Shown here piece by piece: positions 48,866 to 61,684 of a DNA stretch of 61,684 nucleotides. A program made the translations under genes and the position numbers. Under the pieces are notes generated by a model. That model was not told where the DNA came from. It was given only the letters and a program-made list of their open reading frames with translations, and ran no database searches. Source of the stretch: Octopus bimaculoides (Eukaryota); contig NC_069001.1 of the NCBI RefSeq assembly GCF_001194135.2, positions 37,788,616 through 37,850,299 on the forward strand, in the 5' to 3' direction. Position 1 is the stretch's first letter. The number at the start of each line of letters is the position of its first letter.

Positions 48866-49924
48866 CACAGAAAATGATTTACCACACACATCGCACTCGT
48901 ATGGTTTTTCTCCTGTGTGAATACGTTTATGTTTAGTTAAGACACTAGGTGTAGGGAATGATTTACTGCAGACATCACAGTGATACAATTTCACTCTTGT
49001 ATGAAAACGTTTGTGAATAGTTAAGATTCTGGGTGCAGGAAATGATTTACCACAGATATCACAATGATATGGCCTCTCCTTTGTATGAATATGTTTGTGT
49101 CTACATAAGCTAGAACTGCAAGAGAATAATCTACCACAGATATCACAGTGATATGGTTTCTCTCCTGTATGAATGCGTTTGTGGGTATTTAACAGACAAG
49201 TTTGAGCAAACAGTTTACCACAGATCTCACACTGATATGGTCTCTCACCTGTATGAAGGTGTTTGTGAGTAGTGAAGTTAGACTTTTGAGAGAATGATTT
49301 ATTACAGATATCACACTGATATGGTTTCTCTCCTGTATGAATGCGCTTGTGAGCAGTTAATTCACAATTCCTGTGATATGATTTACCACAAATATCACAC
49401 TCATATGGTTTCTCTCCTGTATGAATGCGTTTGTGATTCTTTAGATCACCTTTTTGACAAAAGGACTTATCACAGATATCACACTGATATGGTTTCTCTC
49501 CTGTATGAATGCGTCTGTGAGTAGTTAAGTGACACTTTTGAGAGAATGATTTATTACAGATATCACACTGATATGGTTTCTCTTCTGCGTGAATGTATTT
49601 GTGAGTAATTAAATCACAGTTCCTGTGATATGATTTACCACAAATATCACACTGATATGGTTTCTCTCCTGTATGAATGCGTATGTGAGTAATTAAATCA
49701 CAATTTCCATGAAATGATTTACCACAGATATCACAAACATAAGGTTTCTCTCCTGTATGAATGCGTTTATGTCTAGTTAAGCTGTGATTTCGATTAAATG
49801 ATTTATTACAGATATCACACTGATAGAATGTCTTTCCTTTCTCTTCCTGTATGTCATCAGGTAAATCAATAATTTCAGACTCTGCTTCACATTTAATCTT
49901 TTTCTCACACAATTCGTCTTCCAT
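48866..49924 (-). CDS. C2H2 zinc-finger protein ZNF-7 (11 full fingers plus part of a 12th; 3' end in the gap 48066-48865)
   Basis: ATG at 49924, acceptor at 50298-50297, donor at 51304. Finger order parallels ZNF-8. Confidence 0.88.
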
Positions 49925-50697
49925 TCTTGTTTCTCTCTCACCACAATAAATATAAAAGTTCTTCTTCCCTTTATTTATATATTTTATTCCTATTTCTTCG
50001 GCTATATTTCTATCAACTGTGATTTTCGTCAATATTTGAAGATGCTGCAAATTCCTTTGTAAATCAGCTTTAATTTCGATATCAAATCATTATAATACAA
50101 ATTCCAGTCTTTGAATTGGAGAGCATTTTGTATAAAAATTCTGTTCAGAGCCAATATTCCACAGTAATTCTACCATTAATTTAGATGATGAAGGTTTATA
50201 TCTGTTGTGTATGACATCTATTTGTCTTTAAAAGATGATAAATATTGATGGATCTCAGGTAAATAATATTCTTTTATGCCAATGTCATATGATATTCTGA
50301 AAGAAAAGAGAACGAAATAGAAAATATCGAGGATACTTAAAGTGAAGACATTTTACAACATTTCTTCTATATTGATAAACTGTAGATATAAACCTTTACC
50401 AGGACAATGGATCTTATCCATCTGTGTTTCTTGTGGACAAAACATGCACTGACATCTTTGGGCCGCTGGAAATGCCAACTCTTTCTATATTTTACCAAAT
50501 TTCAACATCTCCAAAGTCTCCTGTCGTCCAAGACAACAGTAAAGCTGTTCTGTTAGACACAGAGTGAGAACTTGATAGCAGCTTCTCACCTGGGACAAAT
50601 ACACAGCTTGCTTATAGAAGAACGAGTGTATGATGTGTGTATTAAGATTGTTAATGGAAGACCAACAGTTGCCCTTGTATACAAGTCTCCCCAGTCC

Positions 50698-53600
50698 AGC
50701 TGAGGGGATACACGTGTGTCGTTATGCCGAGGAATCTGCAACTCTCTCTCATAGATATTACAGTATTTGCTGTTTGTAAAGACAGAACACTGGGAATTCT
50801 TTCGAATGACAAACACGAACTAAAACACATTGGAATGGAACAGTTCGGCATTTTAAACGGAAGTTTGGGGAATGTTTTATTAGTAATCTTTGCATTAAAA
50901 TACGGCGGTGGTGGTGGTGGATAACGATAATTGAAAAGGAGTGTGGAAAGGAAAACAGTGGAAGTATTAAGACAACAATAGTTAATGTCAGGTAAAGCAA
51001 GTTTTTCAACTCACTTCTATTGAATATGTGACAGCCGACCGGATTTTGATNNNNNNNNNNNNNNNNNNNNNNNNNNNNNNNNNNNNNNNNNNNNNNNNNN
51101 NNNNNNNNNNNNNNNNNNNNNNNNNNNNNNNNNNNNNNNNNNNNNNNNNNNNNNNNNNNNNNNNNNNNNNNNNNNATTTTGATTAATAAAAATTTTTCTC
51201 TTCTCTTTCCTTTATCTTTGAACACATCAATACAAAGAAATATAGTCGGAAAAATGACACACGACCTATACAATGTAAATGTCGTTTCTACTAATAATAC
51301 TTACATATTTTCGTAAATCAATTGAAAAGAAGGCTGTTTGTTATTCAAACTTTGTTCTGTTCGCTGTTTTAACTGTTGATCGTCGATGACCAACAAATAA
51401 ACCCAGGCTCTTTTATATTGAGGTAAAAACAACATCCAGTAACAGCATTGGATACTGCGCCGCAATGTCGTACTGAATATAAAATATGATTTCTATATTC
51501 TCGTCTGTAATTTACTCTTGCAGAAAAGAATTGATAGAAAAATGTTGTAGGGATCTTTTATGTTTGGCTTCACTTTGTGAAATTTTAAAATTAAGCAAAA
51601 ATGTTCAAATTTGGTATTTTGGAGGAGTTTGTCACGCTATATCTCTGGGCCCAATCCACTTGTTCAAAAATACTGTTTCTCGCCTAACCAGAAGCCCTTT
51701 CACTGCAGACCAGCTCAGTAATTAGCCTGCAGGCAAGTTCCTGTGTATAGTTGGCCCGTTATCAGTTTTAACAGAGAAACACTAAAATAACATCTGACTT
51801 TTTCAGTGTTTAGGATTATGTGGATCGGACAATTGAAGGCATCATGGAAACCGATTGTCTTGGAACGAGGACACCCTGCCCCCTAAAACAGTCTGTATGT
51901 AACTGTGGTAGTAGAATACTTTATAATGAAATAATTATAGGTACTACTAAAGCAGAGGGGTCCCGAACGCGCAGTCGCTCGTCCGCGCTAGCTAGTCGTT
52001 AGTGGTCGATCCTACAACGCCTGCGCGTGCGCGCATGTGCAATGAATACACGTGTCGATTTGTTTGTTTTTTTTATTTGACGATCTTTCGATACTAGTAC
52101 GCAACAACTTCCGGTCGTGCGTTATTTTTATTCCTTCTACTTATCTACGTTATTTAGAAGGAAAAAAAGGATCTTTTTTAAAACGGGGGCCACATTTTTC
52201 ATTAACGAAACACTTTGAAACTTGGAACACTGGTAGAATGTGTCATATAAAACATCTTTTTCTCTTAGTCTTCTAAAAAAAAAAAAGAAATCCATAAGTT
52301 ATTCCATGTTAAANNNNNNNNNNNNNNNNNNNNNNNNNNNNNNNNNNNNNNNNNNNNNNNNNNNNNNNNNNNNNNNNNNNNNNNNNNNNNNNNNNNNNNN
52401 NNNNNNNNNNNNNNNNNNNNNNNNNNNNNNNNNNNNNNNNNNNNNNNNNNAGTTGTATTTCTGTAATTTCAACCAATCACTGACGTCCATTCAGCCGATA
52501 TACATTAAGTGCCGACTACATAAACAAACGATTCTGAAACAATTAACCCTAACCCTAACCCTAGGGTTAGGGTTAAAGCAAATTTAAAATGAAAAAAGCA
52601 AATAAAACGAAGGTATGGAGATTAAATACGCTTTGCATCGCTTAATCAGCCAAAGGAGTAAATATAAACAACTGAATACTTGTCAGTGATTGGTTGAAAT
52701 TATCGAAATAAGACAATTTTTTACATGAAATAAATTCGAATACAAAAATATTTTTCTGTTCTATAACACAAAATAGATAAGTATACGAAGTTTGAAAGTC
52801 TTTCCGTACCAAAAACACTACGTAAAACATTAATGAAAAAGGTGGCCCCCGTTTTAAAATAGATCCGAAAAAAATTATTTACTAATTTGCATGCGCGCGC
52901 ACACGCACACATGTATTCATTTGCTCACGCGCGCACGCACTTGTAGGATCGACTACTCACGACTAGCTAGCGCGGACGCGCGACTGCGCGTTCGGGACCC
53001 CTCTGCTTTAGTAGTACGATAATTATAATTCCATGTGAATAATTGACAAAGTTCAGAAGGCTTAACAGAACAATAATAATTGCGCGAGGTACAAAAGCAT
53101 GTCTGTATTGGCAGTTGTTTGCAACATGCATATTTGGATCTCAGCCTGGGATCAAACGACACTGTCGATTTGCAGCTATACTCATTCTGTGATTAACTGC
53201 ATTAACTAGGTGCCTCCAACAGGCGCTCTCGGCTGGGTCCGATTGTCAATTATATCATGTAGCACACCCCACCCCACTATTGCTCAATCGAGTTCCTTCG
53301 ACTCAATTGTAAAGGACTCTCGGCATTCACTCTTCCTCTATTGCGTTAACGCTGGTCTCCCTCACACAAGAATATTCTTGGTCCACATGCACCAGCAGAT
53401 TCGACCAAACTCAATACTGTTACTGGATGGATGTTGTGCTTACCTCAATATAAAAGAGCCTGGGTTTATTTGTTGGTCATCGACGATCAACAGTTAAAAC
53501 GGCGAACAGAACAAAGTTTGAATGAAAAACAGCCTTCTTTTCAATTGATTTACGACAATATGTAAGTATTATTAATAGAAACAACATTTACATTGTATAG

Positions 53601-54034
53601 GTCGTGTGTCATTTTCCGACTATATTTCTTTGTATTGATGTGTTCAAAGATAAAGGAAAGAGAAGAGAAAAATTTTTATTAATCAAAATCCGGTCGGCTG
53701 TCACATATTCAATAGAAGTAAATTGAAAAACTTGCTTTACCTGACATTAACTATTGTTGTCTTAATACTTCCACTGTTTTCCTTTCCACACTCCTTTTCA
53801 ATTATCGTTATCCACCACCACCACCGCCGTATCTTAATGCAAAGATTACTAATAAAACATTCCCCAAACTTCCGTTTAAAATGCCGAACTGTTCCATTCC
53901 AATGTGTTTTAGTTCGTGTTTGTCACTCGAAAGAATTCCCAGTGTTCTGTCTTTACAAACAGCAAATACTGTAATATCTATGAGAGAGAGTTGCAGATTC
54001 CTCGGCATAACGACACATGTGTATCCCCTCAGCT
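50698..54034. repeat. Inverted duplication forming the divergent ZNF-7/ZNF-8 promoter region
   Basis: Reverse-complement block pairs: 50698-51050/53680-54034, 51176-51460/53400-53690, 51940-52050/52900-53018 and 52170-52215/52820-52865. Confidence 0.92.
52451..52870. repeat. Interspersed repeat with telomere-like units between the divergent promoters
   Basis: (TAACCC)3 joined to (TAGGGT)2 at 52544-52575. Flanking inverted ATTTCAACCAATCACTGAC at about 52466-52484 and 52682-52700. A related copy lies at 57684-58010. Confidence 0.75.
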
Positions 54035-56454
54035 ACTTTGTTGCCTCATAACTTGCAGAAAAAGGGACACTTCTTTTGTTTACGAAATTTTCAACAAATC
54101 CCGCTTACATGCGATTACTTCAGAGTGTATAAGGATTTGTTGCAAAGAAATTTTCCAAAAGAAAGGGGAGAGGAGTTTCGGAAAATTCACGCGATCCGAC
54201 ATTTTCCCCTCTCATCGCTTTCAGTCAAATGGGTGTCTTTTACTGAATATTCATAGAAATAGCTTTCAAACGGCATAGATTACAATTATAAAGAAATTTG
54301 TAGGAAAAATCATTTCCGAAGAGGTGAGGAGAAGAATTTCAACAGACCGGTGTTTCGGATAAGGACGACAGCATAAATTGTAATTTCTCTGTCTTCACTC
54401 TCACACATGTTGATGTTGTTTCATTATTTTTCTTCTATTAAACATATTTTATGGAATGTAGATATTGAAGTAACACACTTGTGGTTCATTGGCGGTGTGT
54501 ATACGCAAGAATAGAAAACAAAAATGGTTATTTAAATTGTTATGCCCACCTCAATCAAGCGAGGCCGTGTGTGTATGTGTAGGAAAAAGCATTTTGTAAC
54601 AGAAAAGTATGCTATTAAAATGAATTCCCTTTTACATACCACTTTCTTGTTTTTTAATCACTGGATAAATGCCAGCAATGACCTCAGGCTCTCCAGTATT
54701 TTAAATTATAAACAGAAACAATCGGGAGCAGGGAGTGGGGTTGAAAATATCAGACACAGTATAAATGTTTTTCACGGAGAGAAAAATACAGAAAAACATC
54801 GATACATGCGAGAGTGAGAAAGAAACGATGAGGGTTGTCTTGGGATGTGCTAGAAACAACAGCCAAATCTCCCTTAACTCACACACTTTTCCTCTGAAAA
54901 TAATTGCATTTTTTTTTTTTTTGGATACTGAAAATTCCTCTCCCATGGCTTTTAAGTGAAACAAAACAAAACAAAAAAAATAATAAGGAAATAGGCAAAA
55001 ATCGGTCCAGAGTGAGATGGTGAAGACTGATCAAATAAAACTTTGTAAACGTTTTTTCCATAAAAAGAGATGCTTTCCCCTCTGTCTTATCATTTCGATG
55101 GCTGTTGTGACAAAAATATCTGGAAAAATCCCCATCAAAATGGATAAAATCTAAGTTATATAGTCTTCCAGATCCAAAACACCATATTTTCGAAACTTCT
55201 CTCCCTTTGACTGAGGACTGGCGAACCAGATTCGGCAGACTCTCTTTCTCCCATTCATTGTCTTTATTGAGCATCCTTTCATAGTTGCGTCTCCAAACAT
55301 CTCTCTTTGCAGCCTTTCCAGTCTTTCCAAGCCTGTTTTTTTTTTATCTGATAGCCCAGTCATCCACATATTTATGTTGAGCTGAGTTCTATTGAATTTG
55401 TTAGGTTGACTTCATTTTGTTGAGGAAGGGAAAGATCTCTTTGCAGAAAGATTACCTGACTATCTTTTGGTAAATTTTATTTGAGAATATCAGAATAAAA
55501 ATCGGGGAGGGCAATGAAGTTGAAAAAGTGAGTACAACTTACAAGAGAGGAACAACTAAAGATGACCAGCATTTAGGTGACAAGATAGACCCTAAAGACC
55601 TGTGGAGAAAAGGGGCCTACCATGTTGTCCAGCCATTGAAACCATGCCTCCATGGAAGACAGGTTTTAAATGATGATGATAATGATGATATATATACACA
55701 TTGACACATAGAGAAGTGTACGTTGATACACACACGATAAACTCTTTGTGCTTGTATAAAGCAGGCTGCGTATTTATTCCAGATGAGGAGCTGCTATCAA
55801 GTCCTCGCTCGGTGCCTAGTAGAGCGATTTTACTGTAGTGTTGTTGGATGACAGGAGACTTTGGAGATGTTGAAATTAGGTAAAATGTAAGAAGTTGGCA
55901 TTTTCACCGGCTCAAAGATATTGAAGCATGTTTTATGATCAGGAAGAAAAACAGATGCATGAGTTCCTTTGTCCAGGTAAAGGTTTATATCTACAGTTTA
56001 TCAATATAGAAGAAATGTTGTAAAATGTCTACTTTTTAAGTATCCTCAATATTTTATATTTTGTTCTATTCCCTTTCAGAATATCAGATGACATTGGTAT
56101 AAAAGAATATTATGTACCTGAGATGCTTCAATATTCATCATCTTTTCAAGACAAATGGAAGATGCCATAGAGAGCAGACATAAACCCTCATTATATACAC
56201 TTAATGTAGAATTACTGTGGAATATTAGCTTTGAACAGAATTTTTATACAAAATGCTCTCCAATTCACAGACTGGAATTTGTATTATAATGATTTGATAT
56301 CGAAATTAAAGCTGATTTACAAAGGAATTTGCAGCATCTTCAAATATTGACAAAAATCACAGTTGATAGAAATATAGCCGAAGAAATCGGAATAAAATAT
56401 ATAAATAAAGGGAAGAAGAACTTTTATATTTATTGTGGTGAGAGAGAAACAAGA

Positions 56455-57642
56455 ATGGAAGACAAATTGTGTGAGAAAAAGATTAAATGTGAAGCAGAGT
56501 CTGAAATTATTGATTTCCCTAATGATATACAGGAAGAGAAAGGAAAGACATTCTATCAGTGTGATAGCTGTAATAAATCATTTAATCGAAATCACAGCTT
56601 AACTAGACATAAACGCATTCATACAGGAGAGAAACCTTATGTTTGTGATATCTGTGGTAAATCATTTCATGGAAATTGTGATTTAATTACTCACATACGC
56701 ATTCATACAGGAGAGAAACCATATCAGTGTGATATCTGTGATAAGTCCTTTTGTCAAAAAGGTGATCTAAAGAATCACAAACGCATTCATACAGGAGAGA
56801 AACCATATGAGTGTGATATTTGTGGTAAATCATATCACAGGAATTGTGACTTAACTGCTCACAAGCGCATTCATACAGGAGAGAAGCCATATCACTGTGA
56901 GAGCTGTGGTAAATCATTCTCTCAAAAAATTAACCTAGTTACTCACAAACGCATTCATACGGGTGAGAAACCATATCAGTGTGAGATCTGTGGTAAACTA
57001 TTTGCCCAAACTGTTGATTTAAGTAAACATAAACGTATTCATACAGGAGAAAAACCATATCAGTGTGATATCTGTGGAAGATCATTCTCTGATTGCTCTG
57101 TCTTAGCTACACACAAATATATTCATACACAGGAGAGGCCATATCATTGTGATGTCTGTGGTAAATCGTTTCCTGCAACAACAATTTTAAATAGACACAA
57201 ACGTTTTCATACAAGAGAGAAATTGTATCACTGTGATATCTGTAATAAATCATTCCCTTCACCTAGTTTTTTAACTAAACATAAACGTATTCACACGGGA
57301 GAGAAACCATACAAATGCGATGTGTGTGGTAAGGCATTCTCTGTGAAGCATCACTTAACTACACATAAACGTATTCATACTGGAGATAAACCACATCGGT
57401 GTGATGTCTGTGGAAAATTCTTTGCTCAAAACAGCCACTTAACTGCTCACAAACGTACTCATACAGGAGAGAAACCATTCCAGTGTGACATCTGCAATAA
57501 ATCGTTCCTTGCAAGTAGTGAATTAACTTGTCATATACGGACCCATACAGGAGAGAAGCCATATCAATGTGATGTCTGTCATAAATCATTCTCTCAAAAA
57601 GGCCACTTAACTAAACACATACGAATTCATACACAGCAGTAA
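56455..57642 (+). CDS. C2H2 zinc-finger protein ZNF-8 (13 fingers)
   Basis: ATG at 56455, 13 canonical fingers, donor at 53562, acceptor AG at 56078-56079. Confidence 0.93.
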   Translation: MEDKLCEKKIKCEAESEIIDFPNDIQEEKGKTFYQCDSCNKSFNRNHSLTRHKRIHTGEKPYVCDICGKSFHGNCDLITHIRIHTGEKPYQCDICDKSFCQKGDLKNHKRIHTGEKPYECDICGKSYHRNCDLTAHKRIHTGEKPYHCESCGKSFSQKINLVTHKRIHTGEKPYQCEICGKLFAQTVDLSKHKRIHTGEKPYQCDICGRSFSDCSVLATHKYIHTQERPYHCDVCGKSFPATTILNRHKRFHTREKLYHCDICNKSFPSPSFLTKHKRIHTGEKPYKCDVCGKAFSVKHHLTTHKRIHTGDKPHRCDVCGKFFAQNSHLTAHKRTHTGEKPFQCDICNKSFLASSELTCHIRTHTGEKPYQCDVCHKSFSQKGHLTKHIRIHTQQ

Positions 57643-57683
57643 CTAGCTCATTATCAGAATGGAGTTTGTGATAAATGCAGTGC

Positions 57684-58010
57684 AAACGCACGAACGATGT
57701 CATAAATAACAGTACCACTGATAGTTGTTGTTGACAAACAACAGCACAAATTTTATTCAAGAGAAAAGAATCCATTACACCGCCAGAACATGTTGTCAAA
57801 CCACAGCAGTAATTGTTTTCACCTCAATAGACGTCAGTGAGTGGTTGAAATTAACGAAATACGACAATTTTTAACTTGTACTAAATTGGAATATAATATT
57901 TTTTCTCTATTCTATAAGACAAAATATACAAATATACGAAGTTTTAAAGTGTTTCGGTAGAAAACACACTAAATAAAAACTAAACAAAAAATGGTGTCCG
58001 CCAAATCAGA
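57684..58010. repeat. Copy of the 52.5-kb repeat family between the ZNF-8 stop and the ZNF-9 promoter
   Basis: GACGTCAGTGAGTGGTTGAAATTAACGAAATACGACAATTTTT..TATACGAAGTTTTAAAGT matches 52680-52800. Confidence 0.75.
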
Positions 58011-58414
58011 AAGATCCCACATGCGTGTGCAGGGCAGTTAAAACACCTTCCTTGTTCCAAAAACAGTCAACAGTCCTGTGAACGGAGTAGCTATATGTAA
58101 AGCATTGGCCAACTACTGATAACGGGCGAACTGTAGAGAGGGACTTCTCTGCGGGCTAGCTATGACCTGGTCTGTATTGAAGAGACTTCCGGTTAGGCGG
58201 GATTTTTCAAAAGCACAAGTCTGTCGATCGCTTTCACCTTCACTGTATATAACCGAACGTAACAAAATAAATTCCATATCAACACGTGCTAGTAAATTCT
58301 GTTTTCTGAACCTACTATTTCGGTAGAAATGATGAACTTCATACAGTTCTCAAACTTTAAAAGACATAAAACCCCACGAAACGATAATGTAATCAGTACG
58401 CGTGCGCACAACGA

Positions 58415-58422
58415 CCGGAAGT
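58415..58422 (+). promoter_or_regulatory. ETS-type motif in the ZNF-9 promoter region
   Basis: CCGGAAGT 116 nt upstream of the donor at 58538, in a CpG-richer patch; a second motif in reverse at 58185-58192. Confidence 0.55.
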
Positions 58423-58912
58423 TAGGGGATCTTGTACCGAAATCCCGCGTATTAATGTTTGCATAACGATTAAACCGGCGAACAGAAGAAAGTTTGAATG
58501 AATAAAAGCCTTCTTTTCAATTGATTTACGACAATATGTAAGTATTATTAATAGAAACAACATCTACATTGTATAGGTCGTGTCATTTTCCCCACTATAT
58601 CTCTTTGTTTTGATGTGTTGAAAGATAAAGGAAAGAGAAGAAATTTTCCTAAAGTAACGATGTTGTCTTAATCATAATCCGGTCGGCTGTCACATGTGTA
58701 ATAGAAGTGAGTTGAAAAACTTGCTTTTCAAGTGGTTTTAATGTTGATAGTCAAAGACCGATGATAATCATCGATAGTCTAGCTGATAATTACAATCAAT
58801 AAGATAGTCTTTCGATAAAAAATATATTTAAACAGAACTGACGTATTAAAATTGCTAATAAAAAATTCCCCAAACTTCTGTTTAAAATGCCGAAGTGTTC
58901 CATTCCAATATG

Positions 58913-59470
58913 CTGGAAGACAGTTCACTGACAAGTCCCCTTAAGGATTTTGTTTTGTTTGGCTACAGAAGCAGTGACCCTCCCTGAATCCAGGATGTAG
59001 GAGGGCACAATAGAGTAACATACTACGACGTCCTAGATGAGGCACCTACCTCTTATCCAGGACCATAGGGGAAGGCCATCTGGTCTTTCCCCATCAATTC
59101 TGGATAATCCCACCAACTCCAGGACTGAGGGGATATTAACCTGAGTCGTGGCCTGCTTAGTGGTTTAGTTGAGTTTGTTTGGTGTGATGAGAAGACGACC
59201 AGCATTTAGGCGATAAGACACCCTGAAAACCTATCATGAGGACATCTCAGTCCCCTGCAGACATCCACTCCTAGTCTGGGTATGATGGGGAGGCGGAGCT
59301 CATCAAGACTGAGTGGACCCCAAATACTGGCTCCAAGCAGGGCATCAATCCAGTGCCTGGACAATTTTGTAATTGCAGAAATAGGCAACACAGAAAATTG
59401 ATCAGATTGATCGAGGAGGAGAGACTTGAAAGCGGCACCAGAGTGCACATTGCCTCATCATCTCTGCTTC
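58913..59470 (-). mobile_element. Decayed CRE-like retrotransposon C-terminal/RLE fragment in the ZNF-9 intron
   Basis: HWIDALL..LSLDELRLPIIPRLGVDVCRGLRCP followed by NAGR..VNIPSVLELVGLSRIDGERPDGLPLWSWIRGRCLI*D, the RPDG restriction-like endonuclease motif. Confidence 0.8.
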
Positions 59471-59841
59471 CTAAAAGTATTTTGTTCATCAATTCCCATA
59501 GCAAATTTTTATGTCTTTAATTTATTTTCTAGCTGAATCATTTGTGTTTATGTTATTTTTTTGTGTATGTGTTGTGTATGTTTGTATTAGTAGTATGTTT
59601 ATGAATATTTTGTGTATATATGTATGTACGTATGTTAATTTGTGTATGTCAGTATATATATGTGTATTGTGTGTAGGGGGAGTCATTATGCCAATATTAA
59701 TAACCCACACACTAACATAATTCCACTGCTTTATTATTAGTCAATTGGGTGAATATGCAACCAACTTGTTTATGTGCATGTATGTATATTGGTGTATTTA
59801 TGTGTAAACACAAATACACATGTATACAGTACTTGCATAAA

Positions 59842-60160
59842 GGTGCATGGCTCACTGGTTAGAGCATCAAGATCACAGTCATGAGGTGGTGAGTTCGATT
59901 CCCAAACCAGGCTGTGTGTTGTGTTCGTTCATATTATTCCACTTCACTCATCTGTAGACATGAGTTGTGACATCACTGGTGCCAAGCTGTATCAGCCTTT
60001 GCCTTTCCGTTTGATAACAACAGTGGAATGGACTAGGGAGACTTGTATACAAGGGCAACTGGTGGTCCTCCATAAACAAACTTGCCCGGACTTGTAACTT
60101 GGAGGGGAATTATCTCGGTGCAATCCCATAATCATTCAGGCCCGAAGGGAATCTTTACTC
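59842..60160 (+). mobile_element. tRNA-derived SINE
   Basis: A-box TGGCTCACTGGTTAG and B-box GAGTTCGATTCC followed by a non-tRNA body. Confidence 0.72.
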
Positions 60161-61059
60161 TGATGCACTCGGAGAGACACCTATGTGTGTGAATGTATAT
60201 CTTGGCATAGTTGTGCAGTTTGCCAGCTGTTGTCAAGCCATCGAAATCATGCTTCCATGGAAGACAGGTGTTAAATGATGAGGATGATGATGCTGATATA
60301 TATATACACAGTTACAGGTACAGGAGCATGCATTGATACACACACACACACATCATACACTCGTTCTTCTATAAGCAAGCTGTGTATTTGTCCCAGGTGA
60401 GAAGCTGCTATCAAGTTCTCACTCTGTGTCTAACAGAACAGCTTTACTGTTGTCTTGGACGACAGGAGACTTTGGAGATGTTGAAATTTGGTAAAATATA
60501 AAAAGAGTTGGCATTTCCAGCGGCCCAAAGATGTCAGTGCATGTTTTGTCAGCAAGAAACACAGATGGATAAGATCCATTGTCCTGGTAAAGGTTTATAT
60601 CTACAGTTTATCAATATAGAAGAAATGTTGTAAAATGTCTTCACTTTAAGTATCCTCGATATTTTATATTTTGTTCTCTTTTATTTCAGATTATCAGATG
60701 GCGTTCGCATAAAACAATTATTTACTCGAGATCCATCAATATTTATCATCTTTTCAAGACAAACAGAAGTCATACACAACAGATATGAACACTCATTTTA
60801 TAAATCTATGGTAGAATTACTGTGGAATATTGGCTCTGAACAGAATTTTTATACAAAACGCTCTCAAACTTACAGACTGGAATTTGTACTATAATGATTT
60901 GATTTTGAAATTAAAGTTGAATTACATAGGAATTTGCAGCATCTTCCAATATTGACAAAAATCACAGTTGATAGAAATATAGCCGAAGAAATAGGAATAA
61001 AATATATAAATAAAGGGAAGAAGAACTTTTATATTTATTGTGGTGAGAGAGAAACAAGA

Positions 61060-61684
61060 ATGGAAGACGAATTGTGTGAGAAAAAGATTAAATGTGAAGC
61101 AGAGTCTGAAATTATTGATTTCCCTGAGGATATACAGGAAGAGAAAGGAAAGACATTCTATCAGTGTGATATCTGTAATAAATCATTTAATCAAAATCAC
61201 AGCTTAACTAGACATAAACGCATTCACACAGGAGAGAAAAAATATCAATGTGATATCTGTAGTAAATCATTTAATCGAAATCATAGCTTAACTATCCACG
61301 TACGCATTCATACAGGAGACAAACCACATAAGTGTGATATCTGTAATAAATCATTCTCTGATAAACGTACATTAACTGCTCACAAACGCATTCATACAGG
61401 AGAGAAACCTTATGTTTGTGATATCTGTGGTAAATCATTTCATCGAAATTGTAATTTAATTACTCACATACGCATTCATACAGGAGAGAAACCATATCAG
61501 TGTGATATCTGTGATAAGTCCTTTTGTCAAAAAGGTGATCTAAAGAATCACAAACGCATTCATACAGGAGAGAAACCAGATGAGTGTGATATTTGTGGTA
61601 AATCATATCACAGGAATTGTGACTTAACTGCTCACAAGCGCATTCATACAGGAGAGAAGCCATATCACTGTGAGAGCTGTGGTA
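61060..61684 (+). CDS. C2H2 zinc-finger protein ZNF-9 (5' part; 6 full fingers, runs off the window)
   Basis: Manual translation from ATG 61060 gives [13 protein letters not shown].. and an open finger array to the last base. It is absent from the ORF track, presumably because it has no stop in the window. Acceptor AG at 60688-60689. Confidence 0.92.
   Translation, partial: MEDELCEKKIKCEAESEIIDFPEDIQEEKGKTFYQCDICNKSFNQNHSLTRHKRIHTGEKKYQCDICSKSFNRNHSLTIHVRIHTGDKPHKCDICNKSFSDKRTLTAHKRIHTGEKPYVCDICGKSFHRNCNLITHIRIHTGEKPYQCDICDKSFCQKGDLKNHKRIHTGEKPDECDICGKSYHRNCDLTAHKRIHTGEKPYHCESCG

Noticed and set aside
52543-52576. Ancient telomere-telomere fusion site
   Set aside because: Only five units, in the opposite orientation to a fusion, and embedded in a repeat with another copy in the window.
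54820-55095. THAP-domain-like remnant in the ZNF-8 intron (VVLGCARNN..HTFP, DAFPSV)
   Set aside because: Only scattered motifs in different frames and no complete C2CH ligand set; too weak without an HMM search.
59842-59905. tRNA gene (also 22343-22400)
   Set aside because: A and B boxes are present but there is no acceptor stem or cloverleaf, and a repeat body follows; called as SINE heads.

Overview
AT-rich eukaryotic DNA from a gapped draft assembly. It is most likely octopus or another coleoid cephalopod, inferred from the tandem C2H2 zinc-finger cluster and the repeat content. The window is a cluster of KRAB-less C2H2 ZNF genes (ZNF-1 to ZNF-9 here). Nine have visible finger arrays, two of them cut by N-gaps and one by the window end. 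Two more units are visible only as 5' parts flanking the gap at 24375-24474. Most units show one architecture: a promoter (CCGGAAGT in several), a non-coding first exon ending in GTAAGT, an intron, then one large exon carrying short uORFs, a ~34-aa N-terminal peptide and 10-21 fingers. Between the genes lie decayed transposons: CRE-like, Dong/R4-like and RTE LINEs, a gypsy integrase, two mariners, Merlin, Chapaev3-like and Penelope-like pieces, SINEs and MITEs. The exception is a Tigger/pogo transposase with a fully open ~624-aa frame but two of three catalytic aspartates replaced; it sits head-to-head with a ZNF promoter and is a domestication candidate. Other notable structures are a 223-bp inverted repeat bracketing the 21-finger exon, an inverted duplication of a ZNF pair with a telomeric-repeat palindrome near its axis, and finger-level cassette shuffling. 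All alignments were done by eye and element boundaries are approximate.
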